From positions 1 through 64,000 of IMG/VR virus record IMGVR_UViG_3300027710_000011: a stretch of 64,000 nucleotides of DNA; one strand, given 5' to 3'. Both the position numbers and the translations under genes were made by a program. Shown one piece after another: positions 27,849-37,628 of the stretch. Position 1 is the stretch's first letter; each line of letters begins with the position of its first letter. The notes below the pieces were generated by a model. That model was not told the origin of the DNA. It saw only the letters and a program-made list of their open reading frames with translations, and made no database searches.

Positions 27849-29582
27849 TTACTCCGCACTAGAAACAACTGACTTCTGCAACCACATCAGCAAAGCCTCG
27901 GCGACCTGACTACTCGCATACCGGAATGTAGATTCCAGAACGTAAATAGGATCTATGTACTGATCGCTGAGGGTGCCGATTTTAAAAAGCGCTGTCTCAT
28001 ACATCGGGCAATCTATCTTAGCATGCGCAAAAAGATAGTCGGGAGATGCACACTGCTTGTTAGTTTCAGGCCAACCGTCCTGAGGACGCGGGTAGTAGGT
28101 AACTTGCTGTTGGGCTGGATGGAAAACACCACCTCCTGAAGACATGGTTACTTCAAGAAACTTAATGATCAGCTTTGCAACTTCTTTGGCTTGAGCAGCT
28201 GTGAGCGCTGGGACTTGAGCATCAACTTTAGGCGGCTTTGCTTCCAGCTTAAAGTAATAATCTCCGTCCCACACGTCGTACTTGTCATTCACAGAGTAGA
28301 CGAGACCACCTACCATGTTTTTGCTGTTGGGCAATTTGTTCCACAACGCTTCTGCAGGATGGTGCAAAGCACGCAGCTTCTTTTCCATATCCTCAAACAA
28401 CGAAGCAGCTTCCAGCGTCTGATACTTCACAGCCCAATCTGTGTAAGCTTCATTGCCGCTAGGTTCAGGCGGTGTTCGCTGGCACAAAGCTTCCACCGGA
28501 GCTACGATTGTTTGAACTTGCTTGACAAACGAAACGTAGGCATTGAAGAGCGTAGTTTCAGTCCGCGCAATGATTGCGAGTGTGTCGTTGATAGTTTCAA
28601 TCGGATTGGGATTGAACTTACCATTTACGGAAAGCCACTTCGCAATCTCAGTGCCAGCGATATCACCTGTCTTGAAGGTCTGCTTAGAAACCCAAGCATC
28701 GTTCAAGAAGGTATTCTTCAACGTCCTGACGACCTTGTGAATTTCTTCGTCGAAAATGTCGAGATCCTTGTTCTTGTCCTTAACGTAGGCTTTCCACTTG
28801 TCGTGACCCCACATGAAGAGGTTAGCCACTCCAATCAAAGCTAAGAAACCAAAACCAAGTTTCTCACCAGTTGAAAAAGTAACTGTTGTTGTAGCTTCTT
28901 GCGCAATAGACAAGTGTTCCAATGCCAGCACGGCGTCAGCATCAAACTTGTTCTTCGTGATGAAGTACTTGTCGAAGTACTCCGTGATCTTCTTGCGCTC
29001 ACTCGAATCCGTGGTGTCGCCCTTGATGCAGGACTTCACTTGAATCGGCAATTCAGGAATCTCAGCATCCATGCTCTTGACTTCCAGATCGATCTTGGCC
29101 ACCGGATGGTAACCGCCTTCTGGATTCACGAACATGTCGACTTCAAAGACCAAGTCGCCCACAGGGAAGTGATAGCGATGCTTGATCATGCCGGACTCGC
29201 TCAGCATAGCGAACAGATTGAACGCATCAACTGTTGTCGGAACAGGCACTTCCAGACGACGACCAACGCCTTGATCCACCTTGGTGTTCAAGACGTACTG
29301 AGGCTCGCCTTCAGGCCTTTGATCAGCACCTGCCTTGGGATCGCCTTTGACGATCTGGCGAATACGCAAAGCACCCTTAGCGGCATTCTTAGAACTCTTG
29401 CCGATCTTGATGTTCCATTGCTCTTGCAGATCCATTGATTCAGCATTCTTCAACTGTTCGAAGTCTTCGATCTCGACGTAGAACTCATGCTCATGTTCTT
29501 TGAACGTCTTACCGTCTTGAACATCTTGTTCCAAGGCAATCTGAGCGTTTGCCTTTTTGATCATTTCAAAAATGAGTTTCAC
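27849..29582 (-). CDS. CYTH/triphosphate-tunnel domain fused to a second domain; putative internal head protein
   Basis: GTG start with GGAG SD. CYTH pattern EHEHEF...QEQW...LRIR...KHRYHF...FEVDMF...KIDLEV, ALE/AQE motifs and a hydrophobic helix after the junction. Confidence 0.68.
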   Translation of the reverse strand: MKLIFEMIKKANAQIALEQDVQDGKTFKEHEHEFYVEIEDFEQLKNAESMDLQEQWNIKIGKSSKNAAKGALRIRQIVKGDPKAGADQRPEGEPQYVLNTKVDQGVGRRLEVPVPTTVDAFNLFAMLSESGMIKHRYHFPVGDLVFEVDMFVNPEGGYHPVAKIDLEVKSMDAEIPELPIQVKSCIKGDTTDSSERKKITEYFDKYFITKNKFDADAVLALEHLSIAQEATTTVTFSTGEKLGFGFLALIGVANLFMWGHDKWKAYVKDKNKDLDIFDEEIHKVVRTLKNTFLNDAWVSKQTFKTGDIAGTEIAKWLSVNGKFNPNPIETINDTLAIIARTETTLFNAYVSFVKQVQTIVAPVEALCQRTPPEPSGNEAYTDWAVKYQTLEAASLFEDMEKKLRALHHPAEALWNKLPNSKNMVGGLVYSVNDKYDVWDGDYYFKLEAKPPKVDAQVPALTAAQAKEVAKLIIKFLEVTMSSGGGVFHPAQQQVTYYPRPQDGWPETNKQCASPDYLFAHAKIDCPMYETALFKIGTLSDQYIDPIYVLESTFRYASSQVAEALLMWLQKSVVSSAE

Positions 29583-29700
29583 GATTACTCCAAAATAGGG
29601 GTTAGTGGTTAGCACTACAACACAAGATAAACGGAATAAAACCCCCACACGACCTACCATCGTTCGGTAGTGTCGTATAGGGATTTCTAAACCAGTAAAA

Positions 29701-30015
29701 CTAGCTGGTTTTCATGATTTTGAACATCTCCAGGAGAGTATCCAGGAACGTCTTAATCACACTTGCGTCAGCGCCACTATTCGGCCCCTTCACCACGGAC
29801 ATATAAATGAAGGCCGAGCAGGCAACGGAGAACATGAGTGCCACCACACTCACGATGACCTTAATCACCCAGTGTTTCAACTGGCGATCTGCTTTCTCTG
29901 CTTCGTACTTACCAATATCTGCTACCGTGGGAGTTGATGGCACGATAGGCACAGCGGGCGCTACAGGCACGACTGGAGGAACCAGGGTGCTTTCTGCAGT
30001 ATCCTTATCACTCAT
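29701..30015 (-). CDS. small membrane protein (holin-like candidate)
   Basis: One strong transmembrane helix (VIKVIVSVVALMFSVACSAFIYMSV), directly downstream of the spanins. Confidence 0.55.
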   Translation of the reverse strand: MSDKDTAESTLVPPVVPVAPAVPIVPSTPTVADIGKYEAEKADRQLKHWVIKVIVSVVALMFSVACSAFIYMSVVKGPNSGADASVIKTFLDTLLEMFKIMKTS

Positions 30016-30050
30016 CGTATTCTCCCAGAGTTGTTTCAGATCTGATCGTA

Positions 30051-30365
30051 TCAGTTCTTCTTGTCCTTGTAAAGCTCGAGTTGTTCAGCTTTCCAAGAAC
30101 GCAAGTTTTTGAGCCTGATATTGCATTTGGCGATATTCACCAATTGCTTTTGGCTCATGTCGATTAGAACGCCTTCTTTCAGCGTCCATTCGGGCAGCTT
30201 CAAATAATCATCAATATTCGGAGGAGCTTCTGTATCGCAGTCCAACAACAGACTATCCTCAGGCGCAATGACGATCGTTTTGTATTTGATTACGGGTTCT
30301 GGCTGTGTTGTTGTACATCCTGAGAGAATGAACGCAACCAGAAAAAGGAAGAGGAGAGGACGCAT
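30051..30365 (-). CDS. o-spanin (Rz1-like lipoprotein)
   Basis: Lipobox ILSGC, a Pro-rich segment and LLLDC...KCNIRL. Confidence 0.78.
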   Translation of the reverse strand: MRPLLFLFLVAFILSGCTTTQPEPVIKYKTIVIAPEDSLLLDCDTEAPPNIDDYLKLPEWTLKEGVLIDMSQKQLVNIAKCNIRLKNLRSWKAEQLELYKDKKN

Positions 30366-30383
30366 GAAAAGTACCTCGAACTG

Positions 30384-30896
30384 TTATGGCTTTGAAGCAG
30401 ATGAGGCAATGGGCATTGCAACGTGCGGTTGCGAACACCTGGCTTCAGACGGATTAGCGATGCAGTACACTTCCCATAAACGGGTCAGGCGATCTGCACT
30501 AATTTCATCCATCTTTGCTTTTTCATTGTCCGGTGTCTTCGGAAGCTGTTCGTATTTCTTTTCAATGTCCTTGAGCTTGGTCAGGTGCTCAGTTGTGATT
30601 TGACCTGTGGTTTTTTCCACAGACCCCATCTCTTGAATCACCTTCAACTGCACCTTCTCATTGATGTTGTCAGACGCTTCTTTCTTGTCGATCGTAACTT
30701 GCAAATCCTTGTTCTCTGCCCTGCGAGTCACAAGTTCAGCATTTGCCTTTATCAACGACGCCTGAGTTTGCTTGTAGTCGTGCCAGAAGTAAGCGCCAAG
30801 CACGAGTGCTGAAATGACGCCGGCACCAATGAGTATCCATTTGATCACATTCATCTTGGCCTTTACAGGAGCCAAGACGGTATCGATAATGCTCAT
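30384..30896 (-). CDS. i-spanin (Rz-like)
   Basis: N-terminal TM helix, periplasmic coiled coil and C-terminal Cys pair; directly upstream of the o-spanin. Confidence 0.75.
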   Translation of the reverse strand: MSIIDTVLAPVKAKMNVIKWILIGAGVISALVLGAYFWHDYKQTQASLIKANAELVTRRAENKDLQVTIDKKEASDNINEKVQLKVIQEMGSVEKTTGQITTEHLTKLKDIEKKYEQLPKTPDNEKAKMDEISADRLTRLWEVYCIANPSEARCSQPHVAMPIASSASKP

Positions 30897-31471
30897 AGCC
30901 TGTTCCTTCTAAACTCAATCAGTTTGGAGTAAGCCACTGCAATCGCATCGATAGAGTGCTCATCCAGTGAACCCAATGGAGTCTGGCCTTGATAATTGAG
31001 TTCATCAATCATCAAAACACGACGTTGGACCTCTTCCTTCTTAGCATTGCCGGCCCCACCAACAGCTCTTTTAACGCTAGGTGGATCAATGTAGTTCAAC
31101 GATTTGTAAACGTCAAACATACTGACAGCATGCCGTATCATCTCGATTGTCTCAATCAGCGCCTGATATGCGTTTGGACGTAACGCATTAAAGAACGGTG
31201 ATTCAGTAACGACACAGACTGGATTGACGTAATGCAGCACTTGAAGAATGTTCTGTTGAAGCGTCTTCAAGCGCGAATGTCTATCGCAATGAATCTCAGC
31301 ATACCAAGGGCTGGGACTCATTTTGTCTGCTGTGAGCAAAAGAGATTGCGTACGAACGATTTGCAGAGTAACAGCGTCAAAGCTAATCCAAGCTAGACCC
31401 AGGTTGTTTGTTCCTGGGTCTAAACCTAAGATCGTGACAATGCTCTCTGCATTGTACGGCATCAGATGCAT
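30893..31471 (-). CDS. ruvC: RuvC-like Holliday junction resolvase
   Basis: ILGLDPGTNNLG, VTESPF, PPSVKRAVGG and DEHSIDAIAVA. Confidence 0.88.
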   Translation of the reverse strand: MHLMPYNAESIVTILGLDPGTNNLGLAWISFDAVTLQIVRTQSLLLTADKMSPSPWYAEIHCDRHSRLKTLQQNILQVLHYVNPVCVVTESPFFNALRPNAYQALIETIEMIRHAVSMFDVYKSLNYIDPPSVKRAVGGAGNAKKEEVQRRVLMIDELNYQGQTPLGSLDEHSIDAIAVAYSKLIEFRRNRL

Positions 31472-31477
31472 TGAGAT

Positions 31478-32320
31478 TTAATGCATCAAGGCCAGCAGTG
31501 GTTCTGTGGAACCCACGTTCAGCACCACGTCGGCGCCAGACGGATTGAAGTTCACAGGGATCATTGCTGGACTGAAAGCAGCGATCTGAGCCACGATGAT
31601 TTCATTCATCGAGAAGTTACCAGCTGTGGAAGTGACGGAGACCACCTTGTCCACGCTGGTCACCAGACCGATTTCGGAGATGATGGCGTAACCTTCATCT
31701 TTGTACAGCACCTTGGCCACGTTCAGCAACTCAGCAGCTTCAGCTTCCGAGATTGCGATAGTCAACGTCGCCACGGCGGAAACGTAGCTGCCGTCGGTTG
31801 TGTTGACACCAGTGGACGAAACCACTGGAGGCACTGGATTCAGGTTGGAGCTGTTGGGCACAAACGGAGTCGTTGTTTCAACACCGTTAGTCACGGTCTT
31901 GATCAACATCTGCGTGACCATGTTGGTCTTGTCCAGACGACGAGCGTAGTAAGCCGCATAACGAATGCCGTCATGAACTTCTTCAGTACGCAGTGCGTAC
32001 TTCGCACGATCTGTCTGCGACAGGTCGTTGTTCATGGGACGCAGAACAAACGGGATGTGGCCGTACAGTGCCGCATCGGTAGCGCGATGTTGAACAGGTT
32101 CCGACTTGGCGATACCTTCGGCACCAACAACAGTCTGATGACCGCGGTTGCCGATCACGTAGCAGTTCAGCGACGGAGTGTCCGTTGTAGACGGCAAAAT
32201 TCGAGCGTTGATACCGAACTTCTCGTTCAGTGTTGTGTTGTCCGGATAAGCTTGCGCCGTCTTCAGAAAAAGATTTGTCTGAATAGACGCAGCGTAGACG
32301 GTGCGAGTGATGTTTTCCAT
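31478..32320 (-). CDS. virion structural protein (phiKZ gp127-like)
   Basis: NTTLNEKF, IGNRGH, IPFVLR, ISEIGL and GSTEPL motifs; start at MENITRT with an AAGGAAG SD. Confidence 0.72.
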   Translation of the reverse strand: MENITRTVYAASIQTNLFLKTAQAYPDNTTLNEKFGINARILPSTTDTPSLNCYVIGNRGHQTVVGAEGIAKSEPVQHRATDAALYGHIPFVLRPMNNDLSQTDRAKYALRTEEVHDGIRYAAYYARRLDKTNMVTQMLIKTVTNGVETTTPFVPNSSNLNPVPPVVSSTGVNTTDGSYVSAVATLTIAISEAEAAELLNVAKVLYKDEGYAIISEIGLVTSVDKVVSVTSTAGNFSMNEIIVAQIAAFSPAMIPVNFNPSGADVVLNVGSTEPLLALMH

Positions 32321-32419
32321 GTTCTTCCTTGACAGATTTTTTCGCAAGAATATCGTGGCGTCTTTGAGTCCACGTTGACGGACTCAAAGACGCGTCACAA
32401 TAATTGAAGGGCGTATTTA

Positions 32420-34621
32420 TTATCCCTGTTGTTCTGGCCAGAAAGATGGGATCTTCAATTGATCTTCCAGGGGCAACAAAAGGAACTTATCCATACCGAG
32501 AACCGGTGTTAGCTTTCTTGGATTAGGAGGAAGCTCCGGCCAGTCGTACTTGTACCCAGTTGTCGAAAGCATGGCGATACGATGCCTAGCAGAATGCGGC
32601 GCTGACGTCACGGACGATGTGGATTTGACATCAATGCGCATCCAAGTCTTTACCGACGCAATCCAGTCATCATCAAAGACATCAAAATCAATCCTTGATT
32701 TCAGATGAGGAATCAGCTTATCGACACAAGGAGGAATCGAACAGACGATCTTGCCGTGAACCTTGGCTGTGAAATCGTCGTAACGGATACTGCCTGTGTT
32801 CGCATCAGTGACCTTACCGTTGTTGATCTTCGCAACGTATTGAACACTGTAGCTTGACAAGTCTCCCATGAGGCGAATCATCGCGGCTTGGATATCCTTC
32901 AGCGTAATTGCGCCTGCAGAATCCACACCTGTTGCTGCAGCGAGCAAATCGTTAGCAATAGTTGCCAGATCAGCTCTCGTGTATTCAGAGATCAGGATGT
33001 TGCGCTGAGTAAACCAATCAGCGTAAAACTGATCAACTTGATCCCCTGTCTTCACACCGGTGTCAGACCAGCAGCGATTGATGATGCCGTATTTCTGACC
33101 ATATGCATCCATTGCAGTTTCTTGACACAGTGTGTAATACTGCGACAATGAAGCACGATGCAACGCTACACAGTACTGATAGAAGCTATCAACACTGATC
33201 ATGGTCTGTGGAACAGGCAACAGGCCAATCATGCTTTCAGCAAAACTGCGAGGAACAACTCTGACGTCAGCAGCAGTCATCAAGTCATCAATCGATGGTC
33301 GAGGTGTGCGGATGACGCGCTTAGCAATCACAGCAGGTAGCTTTGTCAGCGTAATCCCGATGATCGCGCAACTTGCGTACACATAGAACTCGAAAGCTTC
33401 CTTGACAGTCAAGCTCATTGTTTCATTCGTAGCAGGTGATGTCACCTGAACGTACGAACGATACTGACCAGTTGAGCTGAGCGAAATCCAGTGATACAGT
33501 AAAGTATCAGCCAGCGTGTAGTGCTCAGAACCCGTGTAATCAATGATGGTCGATTCCAGCAACTTGGTGTTCAAGCGATTGGATTTCGAGTACTGCATGA
33601 TTTGGAGAGCGCGAGCCTCTTCGTCATCGCGATACTTCGCATTGTCACGAGCCAGTGGTTCTTCTTTATTGAAGACCTGCCCCAGCGTGTACTGATCAAC
33701 TTGGTCGTAGTTGTAACCAGTGTTCAAAGGGATCTTTTCAAACGACAACGTAGGCTTGAGTTCAGCCGGCTGTTCCGACAAGTCGTGTCGCATTTCAAAC
33801 TTAGCCAACGGCAAGCCGCGCTCAGTCATGATGTGCTGCATCAACCAATCGAATGTCGCAGCCTTACCGCTGTTGCGATAAATGTAAGCAATATTCCTGT
33901 AGAGAAACAGCGATTGCTTGCGAGTCAGATACGAGATGTAGACATCCAGCATTCCGTTACTTGCAAGATACTGGCGAACATGGTAGCTGTGGGCTTCATT
34001 CGTCTTCGTCATAGACAGACGAGCCGTAATGATTGCCGGAACCAAGTTCATGTACATGATGGCTTGCACCGTGACAGCGTACAAGTCATCAGTAAGCGTG
34101 TACTGACGGTTATACCAGCGTGTCAGGTACGCATAAATCCATTTCTGGATATTCGGGATCAACGAGTATTCCCATGTCTCCACGAACTGTGGCGGATACG
34201 ACATGATCGTACCATCCCGTGCATCGACGCAGGTTTGAATGTCGGGCGCCGGATACAAAATACCCAAGATCAATTGTTCTTGTTTCGGATACCGGTTAAC
34301 CAGTTCCTTGTAGTACGTTGAGCCGTACGCGTAAGCCTTTGCTGTACCGCGGTGAAACTGTAAGTTTTGCCGGGTAAAATCAATTGTTTGTAACGTATCG
34401 ACTGATACCACCTGGATCGGTGTATCGGTGGGATGATACTCACCGATCATATTCAGGTAATATTTCCAAGTGGTCGGATCATGCTGATCCACGGCGTTAT
34501 CGCCGTAAGCAATTCGGAGTCCTGTGTTGATCAAATTCGCAGTGTCCGATGACTTAATGACCATACTTGAGGCCAGCTGCATCACCGAATCAATGTAGAT
34601 TTGGTAGTAGTTGTTTTCCAT
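32420..34621 (-). CDS. virion structural protein (phiKZ gp128-like baseplate protein)
   Basis: TWKYYLNMIGEYH, EAHSYHVRQYLAS and LSSYSVQY motifs; syntenic position. Confidence 0.72.
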   Translation of the reverse strand: MENNYYQIYIDSVMQLASSMVIKSSDTANLINTGLRIAYGDNAVDQHDPTTWKYYLNMIGEYHPTDTPIQVVSVDTLQTIDFTRQNLQFHRGTAKAYAYGSTYYKELVNRYPKQEQLILGILYPAPDIQTCVDARDGTIMSYPPQFVETWEYSLIPNIQKWIYAYLTRWYNRQYTLTDDLYAVTVQAIMYMNLVPAIITARLSMTKTNEAHSYHVRQYLASNGMLDVYISYLTRKQSLFLYRNIAYIYRNSGKAATFDWLMQHIMTERGLPLAKFEMRHDLSEQPAELKPTLSFEKIPLNTGYNYDQVDQYTLGQVFNKEEPLARDNAKYRDDEEARALQIMQYSKSNRLNTKLLESTIIDYTGSEHYTLADTLLYHWISLSSTGQYRSYVQVTSPATNETMSLTVKEAFEFYVYASCAIIGITLTKLPAVIAKRVIRTPRPSIDDLMTAADVRVVPRSFAESMIGLLPVPQTMISVDSFYQYCVALHRASLSQYYTLCQETAMDAYGQKYGIINRCWSDTGVKTGDQVDQFYADWFTQRNILISEYTRADLATIANDLLAAATGVDSAGAITLKDIQAAMIRLMGDLSSYSVQYVAKINNGKVTDANTGSIRYDDFTAKVHGKIVCSIPPCVDKLIPHLKSRIDFDVFDDDWIASVKTWMRIDVKSTSSVTSAPHSARHRIAMLSTTGYKYDWPELPPNPRKLTPVLGMDKFLLLPLEDQLKIPSFWPEQQG

Positions 34622-34652
34622 AAATCCTTGCCTCTACGATGAGTAAAGCGCC

Positions 34653-37550
34653 ATGAGCAAAAAATCAGAAATTTTGAAGCAGGTTGTTGCAATGGATGGC
34701 GGGGAGAAATTCCCAGTGCTATCCGTCATTCGCAACAATCCTGGATTGGCTGCTGCAATCAGCAAACTGCGCAGCGATAATCAGCAGCCAAGGTATACCC
34801 AAGGCGGTCAACGTGAGTTGATGCAGCCAAATTCGATGGCCTTTCGGCAACAAGCTGAAAGGACGATGAACGAAGTCAAGGACGCTGAAGGCGTCATGCA
34901 GATTCTGCCGGACATTGAGTTGTCTGCGCAAATTCTGGTAAGCTCGATCCTGTCTCCCAAAGATATGGTGACTGTCGAGTTACTTTACTCCGGCCCTGAA
35001 GGTGTCCTTCCGAACCAGCTGAGCATGGAGATCTTGGCTCTCATGCGAAACCATTTCGATCAAACCTATAAAATAAAGAACGATCTGGAACAAATTCTAC
35101 GTGATTCTCTTTTCGACAAGGGCGCTCACGTTCGGATGGTTCTTCCAGAAAACAGTCTGGATGAGTTCATTAACCGCCACGCACCTCTCGCAATGGCGAT
35201 GGAATCTTTGAATACAGGATTCCACAAGGTCTACGATAACAACGGTCGTCCTAAAGGGATTGGCTTGTTGGGACCAGGCATGGTTACTGCATCCGGCACT
35301 CAAGCTCAGGCGGAATCTGCCATTAAGTTTGAAAGCTTTGGCAAGGCAGTTCAGACCACCGTTGATGGTGAAATCTCTATCGAGAGCTTCAAAGCCTACA
35401 ACGACAAGGGTCAGCCGACCAGCACAGAGAAGACGGTTGAGAAGAACGATTTCTTGTTCGTGACCGACAACTTCGCTGTTCTGTCGACGCCTCGTGCCGC
35501 CGCAGCTGTTCGTTCAATTCGTGTTTCCGAAGCAATTCGTAACAACCGTAACCGTGGCAGTGTCGCTATGGAAAGTATGGTTGACAAGAACTTCGAGGAC
35601 AAAAAGAATATTGCACGGAAGAAGCTCACTGATCGTGAACTGTCGGCCGCATTGTTCAAGAATTCCAATGCCAGGGCAGATAACGTTTCGTCTTTGAAGA
35701 CGCAGCAACAATTGGAACGTACCACCATCGGTAATCCATTGGTGCTGGAGTTGCCTACCGAGTCAGTGATTCCCGTGCACGTTCCAGGTCAGCCCGAGAA
35801 GCACGTAGGTTACTTCGTTCTGCTGGACAACACCGGTCACCCTATCTCGATTAAGAGTCGTTCAGACTACTACTCGGATTTGGCTGGTCGCATGGGTACG
35901 AACACCGGTACGAGTTCTTTGCCGTCTCAAGTGATTGCTCGTACAAAGAGCATGATGGGCGGATTTGATTGCTCGAACTCCGAGCACTTGGATTACAGCG
36001 CTCGCGTTTACGGTGATTTGATCACTGCTGACTTGTTGGCTCGCCTGCGTAACGGTGTTTACACCAACGGTGTTGCTCTGGGTACTAACGACGACGTGTA
36101 CCGGATCATGCTGGCACGTACGCTGCAACAACAACGCACACAGATCTTGTTCGTTCCCGTAGAACTGGTGACCTATTTTGCCTTCCGCTTCAATGCCGAC
36201 GGTATTGGTCGCTCTATTCTGTCAGACACCAAGATCATCAACGCACTGCGCTCGACACTGATGTTTGCCAACACCATGGCAGCCATCCGTAACTCGATCG
36301 GGATGACGACTGTGGACTTTAAGCTGGATCCGGAAGATCCAGATCCGACGAAGTCCTTGGAAATCATGATGAACGAAGTTGTTCGCAGCCGCCAGCAAGC
36401 GTTTCCGTTGAACACAGCTTCGCCTGCTGACATCGTGTATCAGTTGCAGCGCGGTGGTTATCAGTTCACCTACAGCGATCACCCTGGTTTGCCAGACGTG
36501 AAGGTTGAGTTTGGCGAGCGTGCTTCTAACTATCCGAAACCGGATACTGATTTGGAAGAAAGCTTGCGTAAGCGCTCCATCATGGCTTACGGTCTGAATC
36601 CTGAAACAGTGGATACAGCGTTCAGCGGTGAGTTTGCAACTACGGTGACGCAGAACAACATTCTGCTGACTCGTCGCGTGATGCAATTGCAAGATCGCTT
36701 CACGCCGTTGCTGACGCAACACATCGTTAAGTACATCCGTGCAAGCGAAGGCATGATGCGCGACATCGAGCAATTGATCGAGGATAACTACGACAAGATC
36801 AATATTCCCAATCAGATCAAAGAGAAGTTCAACTTTGGCGAAGACGTTGATCTGCGCACCAAGGTTGAAAAATCGATCATGGTGGAGTATTTGGTTGATC
36901 TGTATCTGGAAGGCGTGGAAGTCGGATTGCCTCGTCCTGATACGGTTACCATTGAGAATCAGGCTGCTGCGTTTGAAGCTTACGTCAAACTGCTTGATCA
37001 AGCACTTGACGCTTGGCTGAACAAAGAGTTCTTCTCTCAAGAACTTGCCGGCGACATCACTGCTGTCATCGATTCGGTTCGCGCGTCTGTTAAGGCTTAC
37101 TACGTTCGCAAGTGGTTTGCTGATAACGGCGTCATGCCTGAACTGGCCGAAATGACTGCTCAGGATTCTGAAGGTGTTCCGCGTATTCATTTCTGGAATG
37201 AACAGAAAACGCACATTGAATCTCTGATGAAGTCCTTGGCTGGTCTGACCGCTGGTTTGAAACCCATGCAAGAAGCCGTCAACAAGGTTGCTGGAGACGT
37301 CGGTCTTGACGCCGGTGGCGGTGGAGGCTTCGGTGGCGGCTCAGGTGGCGGATTTGGTGGTGATGCTGGTGGTTTTGGTAGTGACACGGGCGGTGGCGGT
37401 GAATTCGACATGCCAGGGCTTGATGATGCGGGTGGTGCTCCAGGTGACAATACACCGGAAGCTCCAGATGCTAATGCAACTCCGGGCTTGGATGATCAGC
37501 CAACTCCTGATGATGAAACTCCTACTCCTCCTGAGGATGAGTTGAAGTGA
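34653..37550 (+). CDS. probable portal protein (phiKZ gp129-like)
   Basis: LPDIELSAQILVSSILSPKDM, LPTESVIPVH...GYFVLLD, GIGRSIL and an acidic Gly/Pro-rich C-terminal tail like T4-type portals; internal A-x-E sites. Confidence 0.72.
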   Translation: MSKKSEILKQVVAMDGGEKFPVLSVIRNNPGLAAAISKLRSDNQQPRYTQGGQRELMQPNSMAFRQQAERTMNEVKDAEGVMQILPDIELSAQILVSSILSPKDMVTVELLYSGPEGVLPNQLSMEILALMRNHFDQTYKIKNDLEQILRDSLFDKGAHVRMVLPENSLDEFINRHAPLAMAMESLNTGFHKVYDNNGRPKGIGLLGPGMVTASGTQAQAESAIKFESFGKAVQTTVDGEISIESFKAYNDKGQPTSTEKTVEKNDFLFVTDNFAVLSTPRAAAAVRSIRVSEAIRNNRNRGSVAMESMVDKNFEDKKNIARKKLTDRELSAALFKNSNARADNVSSLKTQQQLERTTIGNPLVLELPTESVIPVHVPGQPEKHVGYFVLLDNTGHPISIKSRSDYYSDLAGRMGTNTGTSSLPSQVIARTKSMMGGFDCSNSEHLDYSARVYGDLITADLLARLRNGVYTNGVALGTNDDVYRIMLARTLQQQRTQILFVPVELVTYFAFRFNADGIGRSILSDTKIINALRSTLMFANTMAAIRNSIGMTTVDFKLDPEDPDPTKSLEIMMNEVVRSRQQAFPLNTASPADIVYQLQRGGYQFTYSDHPGLPDVKVEFGERASNYPKPDTDLEESLRKRSIMAYGLNPETVDTAFSGEFATTVTQNNILLTRRVMQLQDRFTPLLTQHIVKYIRASEGMMRDIEQLIEDNYDKINIPNQIKEKFNFGEDVDLRTKVEKSIMVEYLVDLYLEGVEVGLPRPDTVTIENQAAAFEAYVKLLDQALDAWLNKEFFSQELAGDITAVIDSVRASVKAYYVRKWFADNGVMPELAEMTAQDSEGVPRIHFWNEQKTHIESLMKSLAGLTAGLKPMQEAVNKVAGDVGLDAGGGGGFGGGSGGGFGGDAGGFGSDTGGGGEFDMPGLDDAGGAPGDNTPEAPDANATPGLDDQPTPDDETPTPPEDELK

Positions 37551-37574
37551 AATAAGCCAAAAAAATAAAGGCTG

Positions 37575-37613
37575 CATAAGGCCAGTACCGGTTACCCGGT
37601 ACTGGCCTCTATG
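37575..37613. terminator. bidirectional terminator
   Basis: AGGCCAGTACCGG-TTAC-CCGGTACTGGCCT flanked by CATA and TATG, between convergent genes. Confidence 0.78.
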
Positions 37614-37628
37614 TCGTCTTACTTTTGC

